A DNA stretch of 64,000 nucleotides from positions 10,612,698-10,676,697 of the forward strand of contig OZ037765.1 in the NCBI GenBank assembly GCA_964035545.1, in the 5' to 3' direction. Source of the stretch: Bugula neritina. Taxonomy: Eukaryota > Animalia > Bryozoa. The notes beneath the pieces were generated by a model. It saw nothing but the letters and a program-made list of their open reading frames with translations. It was not told where the DNA came from and did no database searches. Made by a program: the position numbers and the translations under genes. Each line of letters opens with the position of its first letter. Position 1 is the stretch's first letter. Positions 1 to 11,566 of the stretch are shown here, piece by piece.

Positions 1-782
1 ATTTTGATAAAAAACAATATATTAGCATTTTGATCCTATCTATGAAAACCCGATCTTGTAATAAACAAGTGAAAAGTGCTATCAGCTCAAATATAATATA
101 ATATAATATCAATCGCTAATAAAGGTGGAAAGAAAAACTTATAGATTTCAATGAGAGTTTTACCAAATTTGTAGCAACTATAATCCACAAGTTGCAGTAC
201 TTTTTGCAAAAAATCAATCAAACCTATAACATTAACAAGCTGCTCAATAACATTAACAGGTTTAAATGTTTTGGCAAGTGATATTTTCCTGGCCCTAGAA
301 GCTTTGCACAACACAAACTCCTTTTAAGACTGAGTCTTTTTGACATAATGCTACAGCTTTCAAAGACCGCTATCAGTCTATACTCTATATGATGACAGTA
401 GACAGTGAGGGGTGTGTAAGCTAACAGAGAAGGGAAGTTGTGAAATATAAACACACATTGCTATTTCACTACTGTTTATCAAGTAAGCACAAATAACATC
501 AAATTGACTTTTTGTTCTGTTAAAATAATAGAAAGAATTTACGTTGTAAATAAATTGAGCAAGTAAAGTAAAGATTAAGCATAAGTGCATGTAATATTAC
601 TTCCTAGCTTTAGTATAAATGCTCCAGTGTAGTAGCTGTTAGTAATTAACAATAAAGTTAAGCTGATCAGCTTCATGCATAACCCAACATATTTCTATAA
701 CAGGCAGCAGCTAAGCGCCAGACAACAGGTTTCTTACTGAAAGGCCCGAGTGAGGCAGAAATATGAACTATAATTCACTTAC

Positions 783-811
783 CGAGCAGGCATTTCAGCT
801 GCGGAGGCCAT
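783..811 (-). CDS. Possible first coding exon (MASAAEMPAR) of an unidentified minus-strand gene running off the left edge
   Basis: ATG at 811-809 in a locally GC-richer patch, followed by a consensus donor CG|GTAAGT. Candidate downstream exon(s) lie at ~224-377. No recognisable homology. Confidence 0.25.
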
Positions 812-1689
812 GTTTAACTACCAGTACCAGCTATATGCATGTGCCAACCTTCATCTTTCAAAACCTTATGATAACTAAAATAAAACACAATTGTGTGGTT
901 GAGCTAAAAGCCTGTCACTGTTACCAGCATATTTAGTCAAGTACTAAATGAAGTATATATTCATATTTGTGTAAAGGTAACCAGCTTAAAAGGTTGCATG
1001 TTTACTGCTGAATGTGCTGGATATATATCACAATACCTGGTATGATTAAATTGATCAAGTATACATTTTTCCAGTACACCTGCCACTTATGCAGCTGTTT
1101 GAGATGATAAGTCTTTGGATATGTTATTAGTAACAGCACTTCATAAGAGTTTTGATGGGAATATTTAAAGTGAGTGTGCAGCCACTGAGGGTAATGCTGT
1201 TCAACAGTAGATAGTTAGTTATATTATTGATTACCTGTATTAAGCAGCAGCAGCCTATAGTCAACAACTAGCTATTGCTAATCACTTGAATTCTACTTAG
1301 TATACAAGTTGATTAAGCACTGCTTAAAAATCCAATATTTTCTAAAAAGCATTATAGCATAACTTGAGACCAAAAAGAAAACCATTACAACTAGGGCTTC
1401 ACAAAAAAATTTGAGAACACATTTATAAACATAAGTAAGCTAGGCTAAAAGGATCAATTTAGAATGGATAATAATAAAGTTTGGTTAGGGAGAGCGAGGT
1501 GAAACAATGATGATAATATAAGATTAGCAGAATAAGGTCTTTAGGATTCTAAAAACTATTATCAAAGTCTCAACATTAGTATCACACGTTATTGATTTTG
1601 AACTCACTCAAACCTGTTGAGAGAGCAACAGACTCTAGGTTACCCAAACTGGTTAGAGAAAATCAACTACTGAGCCAATGTTTGTTTAC

Positions 1690-2760
1690 GCATGCTGCAA
1701 TAAAAATATAGAGTTGCATATGCGCAGGACCACGGGGATGGGGGGGGGGGTGAAAGGTGACCAAAGGTGACCATGGCGTTTGTGGATCTGAAAAAGGCAT
1801 ATGATCCTTAGAAAGCATGATACGGCACTGTTTGAGAAGCAGTGAGTGTTTGAGGCCAATACTGACATCATTAGGGATATGTATAAGGATGTTATTACCA
1901 GGGTTGCGAAAATCGTAGGTGAAAATGAAATTAAAAATGGGACTCCGTCAAGCTTCATTACTGAACCCATTATTGTTTGTAATTGTTATGTTTGTTTGTA
2001 ATTGGTGTATGTTGTTTACAGATGACCTGGTGTTGCGTGATGAGATAAAGGTTGAACTGGAAAAGAGGTTAGGAGGCTAGAGAAGACGACTACAGAGAAT
2101 GGAGCCTTAAAATTGGAGGCGTCAAAACAGAGTATCTCTTGCTCATGGGAAGTATGGGAGACATCAAGCTTGGAGAGTATAATGGCCCTGGGTACACTAG
2201 CTTGACCCAATGCACAGCTTTCAAATATCTTGGAGCAACTATTTACCAAGAGGGTTGTTGTAAAAGCAAGGTTGAGCTTGAATTAACAGGGCCTGGAACA
2301 ATTGGCGAGAACTGACAGGAGTCCCCAAAAAGTTAAAGTTACAATTTATCTACATAACACTAGTACATCTAAATAATGCTAATATGTTACATATTGTTAT
2401 ATAAAAATAAGACATGACCAGTTGGCTAGAAGGGTTGGAGTCTGTAAAATGAAAATGCTGAGAATGCTGGAAATTAGTTTGGAAGAGCATAGGACAAATT
2501 TAAACATCAGAACAAAGCATATGTAATAAATATAACAGAATTGATGAGGAAAAGAAGACTAGAGTGGTTTGAACATTAGTGCCGAAAAGATAAAAAGAAC
2601 GTAAAGAAGGTAAGTCAAAACATAGGTGGAAACTGGAAAGACACTACCGAGAAGGACCTTCAAGTTTGTGGCTTAAAGCAAGAAAATATCAGCATAGGAC
2701 CTGATGAAAATGTCTGGTGGCCTTGATATTCGGCAAGCATCCACTACTCGTTCAGGTGAG
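1690..2760 (+). mobile_element. Decayed RTE-clade non-LTR retrotransposon (RT and C-terminal remnant)
   Basis: Frameshifted fragments IIRDMYKDV, GLRQASLLNPLLFVIVM, MLFTDDLVL, FKYLGA, WNNWRELTGV, KMKMLRM and RRLEWFEH match RTE RT motifs in the expected order, with many stops. Confidence 0.8.
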
Positions 2761-2849
2761 AAATTGATGTTGCAAATTTACATTTATGAATGTACAATAA
2801 TAACTTAACTTATAATAAAGTGTTGTTATAATAGTTGCATTTGATATTT

Positions 2850-3860
2850 ATTTACCAATTGGCATTACACACTCGTACTGATACTGTAATTGATGCTCAT
2901 TGTGTGTATTGGTATGAATATAATGATGATATTAACTCACGGTTGCTGACTTAAACTCATGTTTTACTTTGTTGAAATAAACCTTACTTTTAGACTTACT
3001 AAAATTTTTAGTAACGGCAACATTAACTTATGACTACCGTTGGAGAGTTATAATAATAATAATACTAATAGCCATAGTTATCATAACCATTACTAACATT
3101 TATTAGATTTAATAATTAAATCATTTTCTATATTAAAAATTATTAAAAAAGATAAATTTAGATCAAATTACCAATTAAATTCAGTATATCACTATGTAGT
3201 TGATACTCAAATTCTGGTGAGTATGGTAATATTAACTGGAATGCACAACTACAACTACTAAATAATGGTAGTACTACTTGAGTAATAGTCACGAATACTA
3301 ATACTAATAGTAATATTATAATCCGCATATCAATAATATTCTTATTTATAATGATATTTATATTGGTATAGTCGCAGCCATTGTAATAATATAAAATTTA
3401 ATCATAATGACAATCATATCCATATCAATATGAACTGATATTAATAATTTCAATTCAAACTGTTTCCTATTCAGAAAAGGAAACAATTTGAATTTCAATT
3501 AATATTATCATTGTGATTAAAAATTAAACATTAAATTCAATATTTCACTACAACTTATAAGCATTATGAATATCATTATAATCATTAATAACTAAATAAG
3601 ATAATTTATTATAAAAATGTATTAATAAAATTCAAATTAAGAAGTAACAACTATAACAAAAAGCAAAATTCAATAGTTATAGTCATAAGACACTCAAACT
3701 AATAGCCAATAGGGCTAAGAAAATATTTAATACTTGTAATATAAATAAATATAATCATTATCATACCTATAATCATAATGATGATAATATTCATATTGAT
3801 ATTCCATTTAATAATTATAATACTAATAACCATATATGATATATTCTGATTTAACTTTAT
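2850..3860. repeat. Cryptic 3/6-nt periodic low-complexity block
   Basis: Runs such as aatact aatagt aatatt and atcata atcata atgatg ataata; no exact tandem unit. Confidence 0.75.
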
Positions 3861-6800
3861 AGCGACAGAGGGAATGACAGTGATTTTAGCGACGGGCAAG
3901 ATGAGGGGCTCTCACAAACTTACCCCACTCGACTGAATGTGAGTCAAAATAAGGCAACAATTCAAAAGAACCCCGAATCAAAGCAAAATGTGTTGCATGC
4001 CAAAATGAAGAATGCACCATCTTGGTTGGCAGTGGAAAAAACCAAAAAAAGCAAAAAGCTGATTTTAAGTGGATTGAATGTGACCTCTGTGCATTATGGT
4101 TCATAGCACTTGTCAGGATCTCAAGGTTTCAGAGGCAACTGCTATTGTCAAACTGGCCAGCAAGGGAGTCAAATGGTATTGCCCAGGATGCCAAAAAGGC
4201 TATACAAGGCCAATCACCATCTATCATACCTCAAATGTCCAAACTTAGCTGCCTGCAGCAAATGGTGGAAAAACTGAATGAAAAGGTGGATGAATACCAA
4301 CACCATACCACTGAACAAGTTCAATGCCTAAAAAAGTCCTGAGCCGAGAAACTAAAAAATGACCAACTGGCCAAAGATATGAAGCTCGCAGTGCAAGCTT
4401 GTACCTCTACCAAAGCTCTACTGACTGCAGAACTTCAGAAAAAAAAAGCTTGAAGAGCGTAAAAAAATGCCATTCTCTATGGTCTAAATGAACAAAAAAC
4501 TGCAATGGAAGATATTACCGAGCTGATGCAGAACTCCCTTTTTAAAAACTATGACAAACCACTAAAGGCATTTCGCCTTAGTCAAAAAGATGAAGGAAAA
4601 ACTCACCCTATCAAACTAACATTCAAGGACGAACAAGCAAAATGGAGCTTCCTCAAGAGAGTAAACCACCACTCGCGAGCTGATAAAATGTTTTGCAAAC
4701 TAGATGTTAACAAAGAGATACGAAATAGAGAATACCAGCTACGCGAGCAGATACGCAAGCTAAAGTCTGAAAATCAGGGTGAATATTGCATTAGAGACCT
4801 ATCTATCGAAAAGAAAAGTCTCTCGGGGAAACTGGGAGAAAATGAATCTTGTCACAACAAACGGACATTAAGCCTTTATGCTAACACTAGATCAGCAAAA
4901 GAAAAAACTACTGAAATCGCTGCCTTGACCAAAGACTTTGATATTATCTGCCTTACTGAGACCCATCTTGATGCCAACATATGTGACAGCTGCATTATAG
5001 AGACCCCTGGTCTGGATTTCTTTAGACATGACAGGAACATCCACGGTGGTGGGTTCCTAGTTGCTACAAAAAGTTTTTTGCAGGCTAGTAGCATAAACAT
5101 TGAGACATATGGTGAAGAAATGGTCATCATAAAACTTCCACCAAATCTTATTCTTTTACAAGCATCTGCGACACAAACGAAAGTGCCAACATCCACTTAC
5201 AAGTATTAAAATCAAAAACGGTAATATAACTACAGACAGTCTGGAATGCGCAGAAACTCTAAATAACGATTTTCGTAGCCAGTTTTGTGTTGATGAAGCC
5301 ATTACTGATCTCCCCCTTCTCCCTACCAATAGCAGGGCTCTTGAGATCAACCCTGAAGGAGTCAAGATATTAATTCATGATCTGAAGAACAATAAATCTC
5401 CAGGACTTGACCAGATACGAAAGTGTGAGCTTTTAATAGACCCTGGTATAGTAGCTCAATGTCTTACATGTCTTTCAGGCCTCAATAGACTCCGGAGTGC
5501 TCCCAGCACAATGGAGAACTGCCAATGTGACACCAGTCCACAAAAAAGGTGCCAAAGACGAGCCATCAAACTATTGCCCAATCTCTCTCACCAGCATCCC
5601 CTGTAAAATGTTAGAACACATTGTTCTACATTATCTAAACAAATTACTTGACAGCATGCTCTACAACAGACAGCATGGTTTCAGGAAAGGCTTAGGCTGT
5701 GAAACTCAGCTTTGTGCTTCCTACCACAACATAGCAAAATCTGTAGAGCATGGTCATGTTATTCATGGAGTAGTCCTTGATTTCCGTAAGTCCGTTGTAT
5801 TGATGGCATTAACCTAAGCATAGCAAATTGGATCCAAGGGTTCCTAACAAAAAGAAGTCAGAAAACTGCCATACGCGATGTATTATCATCAGATCTCCCT
5901 GTCTCCTCGAGGGTGCCACAGGGTTCGGTACTAGGGCCAACCTTGTTTCTTATATACATAAATGACCTACCACAAGTGATAACATGCTAAGTGAGTCTCT
6001 ATGCTGATGACACCCTGATTTATGCTGCTGTGAATAGCAATGAGGACAAGCAGCTTTTCCAGACATATATAGATGCTCTACATAAGTGGTCCATGAAATC
6101 GAAAAAATGCCTTTTAACACGGAAAAGTGTGAGGTGATCGTCTTTAGCAAAGCCCCAAAGGCATATCCAGTGTTTGACCCCAGCTATGCACTTGGTGGAA
6201 TTCCGCTCAAATGCAGACAAGAGATCAAATATCTTGGTATAATTCTGCAGTCCAACTTGAAATTTGAGCAACATATTACATCTAAGATCAAAAGTGCCTC
6301 CAAGGTCCTAGGTTGCATAAAACACTCGCTTTATGAAGCCCCTGCCAATAGCAAACTACTCGCATACACCAGTCTCTGCGGACCAATTCTAGAATACGGC
6401 GATACTCTTTGGGACCCAGCGGATTCAGCTAATATTGATGCCTTAGAGCAAGTACAGTCCCAAGCAATCAGATTAATTAACAATATCAAAGGAAGACAAG
6501 GCATCTCAGAAGCTCGAAATAAACTCAAACTACAACTTCTCAAAGACCAAAGAAAAACACATAGGTTGTCACTGTTAATGAGAATTCTCTCAGATGAATC
6601 TAAACACCAAACCTTAGCCTCAGCTTATGATGAACTGACTAAAAATAAAAACAAGTACACTATCACTATGTATACGCGAGCTGCACAGAGGGGTGAGCCA
6701 ATATCTATCTATGCTGCGAGCAAGGTCTATTTTAACAGTTTTCTCCCCCGCAGTGTGAGAGATCTGAAGCTAAGGTCAACTAACACACAACAATAAACAG

Positions 6801-6915
6801 CTATATGCTGCTATACTAACTCATACTGACATTTATCACTAACCAAAGAGGCGCTCCACGTTTGCACCATAACGGTGACATTGACTTTGAGTGTTCTATC
6901 GTCTACGAGGTGAGT
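3860..6915 (+). mobile_element. Degenerate CR1-type LINE: PHD-finger ORF1, then APE endonuclease and RT (ORF2), with an internal deletion
   Basis: ORF1 across a frameshift reads CQNEEC..WIECDLCALWF/HSTC..KWYCPGC (PHD). APE start: LYANTRS, IICLTETHL, DRNIHGGG. RT: [39 protein letters not shown]. The C-terminus FLPRSVRDL is CR1-like. Multiple frameshifts and stops. Confidence 0.92.
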
Positions 6916-7400
6916 TATTACTATTTGAAATATTATTATAATTATAAATAATAAAATATGATTTATTTTATATTATAAGTTTACAACTATTATTATTTAA
7001 TAATTTATAATTATCCGAATTAAGAATACTTTGATTTAAATTTTATTTTGTTGCTATTAGTATTAAAATTTTTATAACTTAATTTTATAATTTAAACTTA
7101 AGCCTAGCAGTAGCCCTAGTCTAGCCCTTTTAAGGCTTAGCTTTAACACGAACAGTAACTGTTAACTCTCGAGTTAAGCCTAAACGGGTAAGTCTAAGGC
7201 CAAGGGCTAAGACCAAGACAAAAACTAGAAGAGCAAGAACTAACTCTAAGACTAGAGTAAGAGCTAAAGTAGTTTTAGAAGTTAGAACAAAGCATAGGCA
7301 GCAACAGAATTCACGCATCAGAACCAAAATCAACATGTTATACAATACACTTTACCTATGGAGTTTATGAGTGTTATCATTACCATTATGATTATTACTT
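6915..7400. repeat. Cryptic hexamer-periodic block
   Basis: gctaag accaag acaaaa actaga ... tctaag actaga gtaaga gctaaa. The 6-nt period produces the spurious alternating-residue ORF 7130-7345. Confidence 0.75.
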
Positions 7401-7790
7401 ACTAAATTACTGGGTTGCTAATTTTTACAGCGCAAATTTTCATTGAAACGGTGGCCGATTCTTGTTTAAGCGCACTTTGACGTATTTAGCCTCAATTTTG
7501 CGTGCGCACCAAATTAAAAATAAAATTTAAAAAATTTGCAAAAATTTTTTTTACAAATTTTTAAAATTTTATTTAAAATTAAAAACAGGTAACTCTAATA
7601 CTGGTTGTATACTTAAAAACTTTGCGGCTATTGAAACTTTATCAGAGCCCTTGATATTATAACCATAATAATAATGTTTAGGGACGCGAGAGTAAACCCG
7701 CTTTCTACCAAAGGGTTCAAAGTCCTACAATGATAATATCGTTCCAATGAACTCAAAAATATTAAGTCTATTCCAGCTCAGTGTATCGTT

Positions 7791-7972
7791 CTGTTGGTCC
7801 TGTTCGATTTGTTTTATAAGCAGCTTCAAGTTGGGGGTGAATGAGTGCAGCAGCTTATAGTTCTCAAGTTCAAACGGAAAGATACTGACTAAAAGTTGAA
7901 AAACTCGAAGCCTACACTCAATCACCCCTAACTCGCAGCTGCTTATAGAACGATTCGTGCTGCTCACCAACA
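7791..7972. repeat. Imperfect inverted repeat (~80-bp arms, short loop) upstream of SETD9
   Basis: tataagcagcttcaagttgggggtgaatgagtg (~7816-7848) is the near reverse complement of cactcaatcacccctaactcgcagctgcttata (~7915-7947). Pairing extends, with mismatches, both outwards and inwards. Confidence 0.85.
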
Positions 7973-8097
7973 AAAACCTTGACCTGGGGATTTTCCAAAA
8001 TGGTACACTAACTACACCAACTTAGACGTAAAGCTTAAAACCTATAAACTTTTGAAAAATACCAGCATACAGTTACGCTCACACTGGTTTTACATTT

Positions 8098-10699
8098 ATG
8101 ACATGGAAAGAGTATCGCCACAGGTTTTTGCCTTGGATAATACTTAATGGAAAAAACAGGTAGGTTCAAGTTTTAATACCTGACTGGCTGACACTACTAC
8201 TACTAGTACAGTAGTGCTACTACCAATATGAATATGGCAATAGTAATACTATTAGTGTAAGTGTTACTTATATGATTAGTATAAAGTATTGCTAATACAA
8301 ATTGAAATACTAATAGTATTAGTAATATCAATAGCTGATTTGACTTTACACTTGGAGTCTTGCAATTTTCTCTAGGCACTTTTTAAAAGTTGTTTGCAAA
8401 AATGACACAATCAAATGCTGAAATGCATATTCATGTTAATATAGATTTATTTTAATCGAGTTTTATGCTGCCGATTTGACGTATTAATGATTAAAACTTT
8501 AGATGATGTCTGTTGCAGGTTTCGTCAATGTGTAACTTCGCCAACGTCTTTCCAAAGTGAAAATATTGATGTTGAGTACTACGACCATAATTTTCAAATA
8601 AAATTAAAAGACTACTTGAGCAATGTAAATCACCGTCTGTCTTATTTGGGATGTACTGAAACCTTCTCTCAAGCTCACATGCAGCGTAGTTTCAAAAGAG
8701 ATACAGAAATTTTTCATAAATCATCTTATGAGTGTGCTTCAGATATCCTTGGCTTTTCCCTTTGTCGTTCTTCAAGCTCAATAAAAAATGCAGGCTTGGG
8801 TGTGTTTGTTGCTTTTGGAAAAATACCCAAAAATTCTATCGCTGCTCTTTATCCAGGTAAAGTGTACTATCCTCGTACATTTAATCTGTGCTGTGTAGCT
8901 TTCTCATGATAGATTTATGTTTAATTAGCATCATTAGGTTTTTCATATTTTTCATTTTGCAGGTTTAATATATGAACCAGGTGAGCCAGTATTATTGCAG
9001 TCAATACATAATCAATTTGTTCTCAGATGTAAGGATGGGGTTTTAGTTGATGGTAATGATAGAGGAATTTCTAAATTTTTGTATAGGTAAGTTTGTTGCA
9101 GACTAAATTAAAGGACATATTTTTACCCTACCAGCTGTTTATTGGTAACATATGATAAGCTGTCATTTGGTCTCAGCAATTATACTAAAATAGAAATAAA
9201 TTAATAGTGATGTTGACTCTGCAGTTTGCATGTTAACATAATAACAGCAGAACAATGCAGAGTTTATCTGCATCTATAGGTTTGGACTTTTTGTGTTTGC
9301 TTACCAGTATATACTCAACACTTTTTGGGCATCTGAGCATTCCACTACCATTTTAAGCTTTAGTCGTAGAGTTTTGTCTGAATTCATCTGCATGAAATGA
9401 TTAGATTGCATTTTTATTCACCTTGTCTGGCAAATGCTTGCTGTAAATAAGTTTTACTACTGCTGATTTTACTACAATATAAAGTCTTGAGGTAATGAGA
9501 CTCATTTTCGTCTCATCTTGAGAAAATCGTTGAAGCAATTAAAAATTAGACATATGTTTGCTCTTTTTGTACAAGTAATTTCAAAACTAAGTCTCGTTAA
9601 ATTTAGTTTATTTTATTTTAAGACTAGATAAACTAATGATCAGCTCAGCAATGTTGTTTTGAAAAAACTTTATATTTTACAATTGACCAATAATAACCTA
9701 CTAGAGTTTTCTTTTTCCAAATCCATTTTTTCGAATACAATTATGGTATGCCACAGACTGGTTCTGTTGGCTGGGAATAAACAGATGTGTGCAATCAAAT
9801 ATTTGATCATTGTTATTACTATTGTTAGATAAGGCTATTATATTGCATGATAGTTAAATTGTATTTTGTCTTAAAATGATTGTATTCGGAAATGTTTTTT
9901 CAAGTTTATCATAGATAAAACTGCTAGACTAATTTATTAACTTTTAGAAGCTGTGCTGGTCGAGATATAGTTGGTAGTCACCTCACATGTGATATATCCT
10001 GGTTAACAACTCATCCAATAAACGTGCTGTCTGTGGGCCAATATGTTAATAACCATAATGAAGGTAGGCTTGTTTATGAGAAATATATTTAATTTTCTGT
10101 ACAGGTGTCAAATATTTTTAAAATCATAGTGCAATGTAAGCCTTTAGAGGTGATGAAAAAAGTTTTTGAATAAAAAAGTTGTTTTATGAGATATTCGAGA
10201 TTTCTTCACTTAACTTTTTCTGATATCTTAATAATTGTATATAAGTTTTTGCCCTTAAAACAAGACTCACTTTTTACAAGTGCTTATAAGTTCTTGTGGC
10301 TATTGTGGCCAGCATTGGTAAAAAAAATTAATTTTCATATCTATAATTTTTGCATTTGTCTCTTTAGATAACCCTGCTAATGTAGAATACCAAGAAATCG
10401 ATTTGTCCGCCGATTTTCCTGATAATTTACTAAAATACATTCCAAATACTTACTACAGTGCTAATCATCAGTATGGCATGCAAAGGTTTGTATTTTCGGT
10501 GAACGTTGATCAATGCTATGGAGATTTCTGTTATAAAGACTGTTCTATCATAGTGAAACTCCTTTTCAATTAATGATTATAATACTTGGACTAAATTGCT
10601 CTTTTTAACAGGTTAAGGCGAATAGTAATGCTAAGAAGTTTGAGAGATATCACAGCTGGAGAGGAACTTTTTTCAACCTATTTTACAACCACACTGTAA
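8098..10699 (+). CDS. SETD9: SET domain-containing protein 9 (6 coding exons)
   Basis: Exons 8098-8159, 8519-8856, 8963-9086, 9948-10063, 10368-10485 and 10612-10699 splice in frame (GT-AG). Motifs WKEYRHRFLPWI, SSIKNAGLGVFV..ALYPG, LRCKDGVLVDGNDRGISK, GQYVNNH and RDITAGEELFSTYF are characteristic of SETD9. Confidence 0.92.
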
Positions 10700-11566
10700 A
10701 CCATAAAGAAATTTGATGTAACTTTAACTGGACCGACTTACTGAAGTTTCAATTTAAACAAGAGGAATATATTCTGGATACATATATCGCTCAGTGATAT
10801 TATATTAGTTATATTGTCAGCTATTGATCCAATTTTTTTCATCGAAAGCTATAATTTCAAGTAACAACTTTGTAAATTGAGAACTTCAACTCCAAAGTCT
10901 TACCCTCACACATTCTGCACATCTGATCTCTGAATTGAATATTCTATTAATATTGGCCAGAAAAATATATTGCTTTAAGTTTTACTATTATTTTGTACTA
11001 CTTAGTTTTTTTACATTTCTTAAATATAATTATATCTTTATAAAACCATGAAAGTATTTTCTCATGAGCCACAAAGTAAAAAAGTTGACCATTTGTCACC
11101 TTGACCAATAAAATGTTACCAAACCAAATATAATTAATAACTTAAAATGGCAACTATTGTTATTATATTTTCAATGTACTGGTATATTTCCTGCTAAAAA
11201 GATAACATTCAAACTAAGAGATTTTCACTACATAATATTATGTTAGTGATACAATGTGTACATCAGTAAATTATCATTCTTGGAACAAATGATATTTGAT
11301 AAACTTTTAAAGGAGCAACCAACTTTGTAGGAATTGTAAAAAAATACATTGCAACTGAAGTTCCAAAAATTTGAAACTGATTAATATAGTTGCACATGAA
11401 GCAATGTTACAATAATGAAATTATCACATAGCTTCAATACAGAACAAATACAACGTGAAATAATGCCATTATGTGAAATCATTTAATGGCAAGTAATGTG
11501 TAACCTATAACTGAGATATAACCAGTTTCAGTACCACTACTGGCAGAGTTAGTGACCAGACTCCTA

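Noticed and set aside
4876-6543. Minus-strand ORFs over the LINE, and antisense ORFs over DOCK7/CLIP4 exons
   Set aside because: They are shadow frames of coding sequence on the opposite strand.
7130-7345. Hydrophobic alternating-residue ORF, or interstitial telomere-like repeat
   Set aside because: It is a by-product of hexamer periodicity and there is no true TTAGGG array. ORFs 3699-3899 and 21529-21720 are the same kind of artefact.
8743-8750. ATATCCTT U12-type donor motif
   Set aside because: It lies inside an open SETD9 coding exon; none of the introns I assembled uses a U12 donor.
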